A stretch of 64,000 bases of DNA from a virus (taxonomy: Duplodnaviria; Heunggongvirae; Uroviricota; Caudoviricetes), in the IMG/VR virus record IMGVR_UViG_3300046474_000237, positions 7,469-71,468 of that record. One strand, written 5' to 3'. Within the stretch, counting starts at the first letter, position 1, and each line of letters opens with the position of its first letter. The notes under the pieces were generated by a model. That model was not told the DNA's origin. It ran no database searches and saw only the letters and a list, made by a program, of their open reading frames with translations. Position numbers and translations under genes: made by a program. This document shows, piece after piece, positions 62,360-64,000 of this stretch.

Positions 62360-62868
62360 TGTATAGTAAACTTCAACAAATGATTGCCGGTAACATCAAG
62401 TTTCTTACCACGCAGCTTCAGCCGTACCTCGATAAGCATAAGTGTAAAAATGCGTTTGATCTCTACACTCAGCATTTCGAAGATATGGAAGAGAAGGTCA
62501 AAGTGATGGGTTACGTGCATCGCCGTGATGCGTATGTTACGATTGGAAATCAAATCGCCAGTGAGCAAACCAGCATTCAGGACGAGATCACTGGTTCGCT
62601 TATGAAGACTATCCCCAGTACTCGTAAGCAGGAGATCATTGGAAACGCTTTTAGCCGTGAAGTTGAGAAGCTTCTCATGGATTCAAATCCTGAGATGCTC
62701 AACTGGGCTAGCGCAGACTGTATCAAAGATGCTATGGATCTTATGGACGATGGTAGCTACAGTTCTGCACTTCCGTTGATAGCAGCTATTTGGTATGATA
62801 CTGAAATTGAGAAACTTAACGAACCGGAGGTAACTCCGAGTGAACCAACCGAACCACAATTAGCATGA
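62359..62868 (+). CDS. hypothetical protein
   Basis: TAATG overlap. 169 aa. Confidence 0.5.
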   Translation: MYSKLQQMIAGNIKFLTTQLQPYLDKHKCKNAFDLYTQHFEDMEEKVKVMGYVHRRDAYVTIGNQIASEQTSIQDEITGSLMKTIPSTRKQEIIGNAFSREVEKLLMDSNPEMLNWASADCIKDAMDLMDDGSYSSALPLIAAIWYDTEIEKLNEPEVTPSEPTEPQLA

Positions 62869-63428
62869 CAGAAAATAAGACAACAGCAGTAGACTGGGCA
62901 AAGGCACTATATACGAACCCAGAAGATGTAGACTATGCAGTAAAACTTTCAGAAGAACAAGAAGCAAAGGTAAGAAAGGATATGGAAGCAATGGAGAAGC
63001 GCTTTGAGAAAATGGCTCAAGGTGATCCGCTGAAAAGCGAACTTGAAAAACGAATCGGAGCCGCTCCTCTTCCAACTTTTCCAGCAGCAGAAGTTCCTGA
63101 CTTAGCAACACAAGCATTTATCAAGGAATTAAGAAAGGAACCAAAACCTGACAAGCAAAGTGCACATAGTTTCCTTGACGAAGCTTCAAACACGATGAAG
63201 CAACGTGCAGCATTGCGTGATGCAGAAGATGGTGAACGGACAGCTGCCAAGATTGCAGAAGTGTTTAATGCAATTACGGGACACGAGATTAGCGAAGCCG
63301 ATGCTTGGATGTTTCTCGTAGTGTTGAAGATTGTACGTAGCCGTAACGGTAAATATAATCGTGATGATTATGTAGACCTCGCAGCTTATGCTGGTCTTCT
63401 CGGTGAATGTGAGAGTCAAAGTCGGTGA
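62865..63428 (+). CDS. hypothetical protein
   Basis: ATGA overlap. 187 aa. Confidence 0.5.
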   Translation: MTENKTTAVDWAKALYTNPEDVDYAVKLSEEQEAKVRKDMEAMEKRFEKMAQGDPLKSELEKRIGAAPLPTFPAAEVPDLATQAFIKELRKEPKPDKQSAHSFLDEASNTMKQRAALRDAEDGERTAAKIAEVFNAITGHEISEADAWMFLVVLKIVRSRNGKYNRDDYVDLAAYAGLLGECESQSR

Positions 63429-63512
63429 CTAAATATTGCCCTAGTAGTAGGGCATTTCATGGAATCCACGAATCTAGGATACAAGGAACTCCTTATAGTG
63501 CTATGACATACT

Positions 63513-63851
63513 ATGTATGTAATCTATGTGGGCAAAGTAAGATTCGTGGACCCGGAGCTTTTTATAAAGACGAATATGAAAAGGAAAATCGAAGTAGAAG
63601 TTGAAAGCTTCAGTAAATATGATTTAGATGGCCCAGTCTCAAGCGTAGTAGAATTTTTTAATAGTATTCTACAAAAACATGGTTCCGATACTACGCTTGA
63701 TTTTTATGGTGATGAATTCTACATATACACTGAACGTGAAGAAACTGATGAAGAATATCAGGCCAGAATAGATAAAGAGAAGTTTTGGACCGATAACCGG
63801 GAGAAAGCAGACCGTGAGAAGTATGAAGAACTTAAAAAAAAATTTGGGTAA
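63513..63851 (+). CDS. hypothetical protein
   Basis: Start uncertain; an internal ATG at 63575 is possible. Confidence 0.4.
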   Translation: MYVIYVGKVRFVDPELFIKTNMKRKIEVEVESFSKYDLDGPVSSVVEFFNSILQKHGSDTTLDFYGDEFYIYTEREETDEEYQARIDKEKFWTDNREKADREKYEELKKKFG

Positions 63852-63853
63852 AA

Positions 63854-64000
63854 ATGATAGACCGCACAGATAAGCCAAAGTCGTTAACTGAAATGATAGA
63901 CGAGCATGTCAAAGCTAGTCCCGGAAGACCTACGGATATCATCTCTTCAGTAGTTTCTGGCGTACTAGGAGGAGTCATTCATCCTCCTGTTTATCCTACA
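63854..64000 (+). CDS. hypothetical protein (3'-partial, continues beyond the window)
   Basis: ATG at 63854 and an open frame to the window end. Confidence 0.35.
   Translation, partial: MIDRTDKPKSLTEMIDEHVKASPGRPTDIISSVVSGVLGGVIHPPVYPT

Noticed and set aside
1-64000. Possibility that the two ~600-bp repeats mark a concatemer or terminal redundancy of a ~59-kb genome
   Set aside because: Sequences flanking the two copies are unrelated (hypothetical gene and Thg1-like at copy A, rsr and deaminase at copy B). The window is not a tandem duplicate, so they are treated as two dispersed copies of one element.
1-64000. CRISPR arrays, integrase/transposase genes, prophage att sites
   Set aside because: No regularly spaced direct repeats with unique spacers, and no recombinase or transposase motifs, were seen. 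The only mobile-looking elements are the HNH endonuclease genes.

Overview
This window reads as a slice of a large virulent dsDNA phage (jumbo or T4-like scale), about 45% GC with a few GC-richer gene islands. Nearly all genes sit on the + strand, with short overlaps between neighbours; the exceptions are two HNH endonuclease insertions. Recognisable modules are: DNA replication and nucleotide metabolism (family-A DNA polymerase split into a UDG4-like/3'-5' exonuclease ORF and a polymerase ORF, RNase HI, class I ribonucleotide reductase NrdA/NrdB, ThyX, a 5'(3')-deoxyribonucleotidase, a CMP/dCMP-deaminase-fold protein, a RuvC-like resolvase, and NAD salvage by NadV plus NadM-Nudix); an RNA-repair module (bacterial-type Hen1 methyltransferase plus Pnkp kinase/phosphatase/ligase, and a Thg1-like tRNA 5'-end repair enzyme); and an unusually rich set of translation- and RNA-related genes (two PTH2-type peptidyl-tRNA hydrolases, a release-factor-domain protein that has lost its GGQ motif, a YqeY/GatB-domain protein, a DHH/DHHA1 nanoRNase-like protein, and an Rsr/Ro60 orthologue preceded by about 1.9 kb of tRNA-like repeat units that look like a Y-RNA array). 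I could hand-fold at least 25 tRNA or tRNA-like genes: a main cluster at 20.85-27.15 kb plus scattered copies (Leu-TAA at 19.2 kb, Lys and Trp at 38.8 kb, Arg at 40.0 kb overlapping the 3' end of an HNH gene). One tRNA at 27076-27151 is Trp-like with a CUA anticodon, i.e. an amber suppressor; a separate tRNA-like element at 28708-28778 has a 16-bp extended acceptor helix. Five HNH-family homing-endonuclease-like genes of two families are present. A tandem array of six divergent paralogous small proteins lies at 34.9-37.2 kb. A phage-specific extended -10 promoter motif (TTGGTATAAG followed by a conserved TGT-GGAA box) occurs at least 16 times, usually just downstream of an intrinsic terminator. 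A roughly 600-bp element (iterons AACTGGACA, an imperfect large palindrome, and an AT-rich TA-repeat core) occurs twice in direct orientation at 0.96-1.58 kb and 59.78-60.35 kb; it resembles a replication origin or packaging-type site. No CRISPR arrays, integrases or transposases were seen. All coordinates were derived by hand and could be off by a base or two in places.
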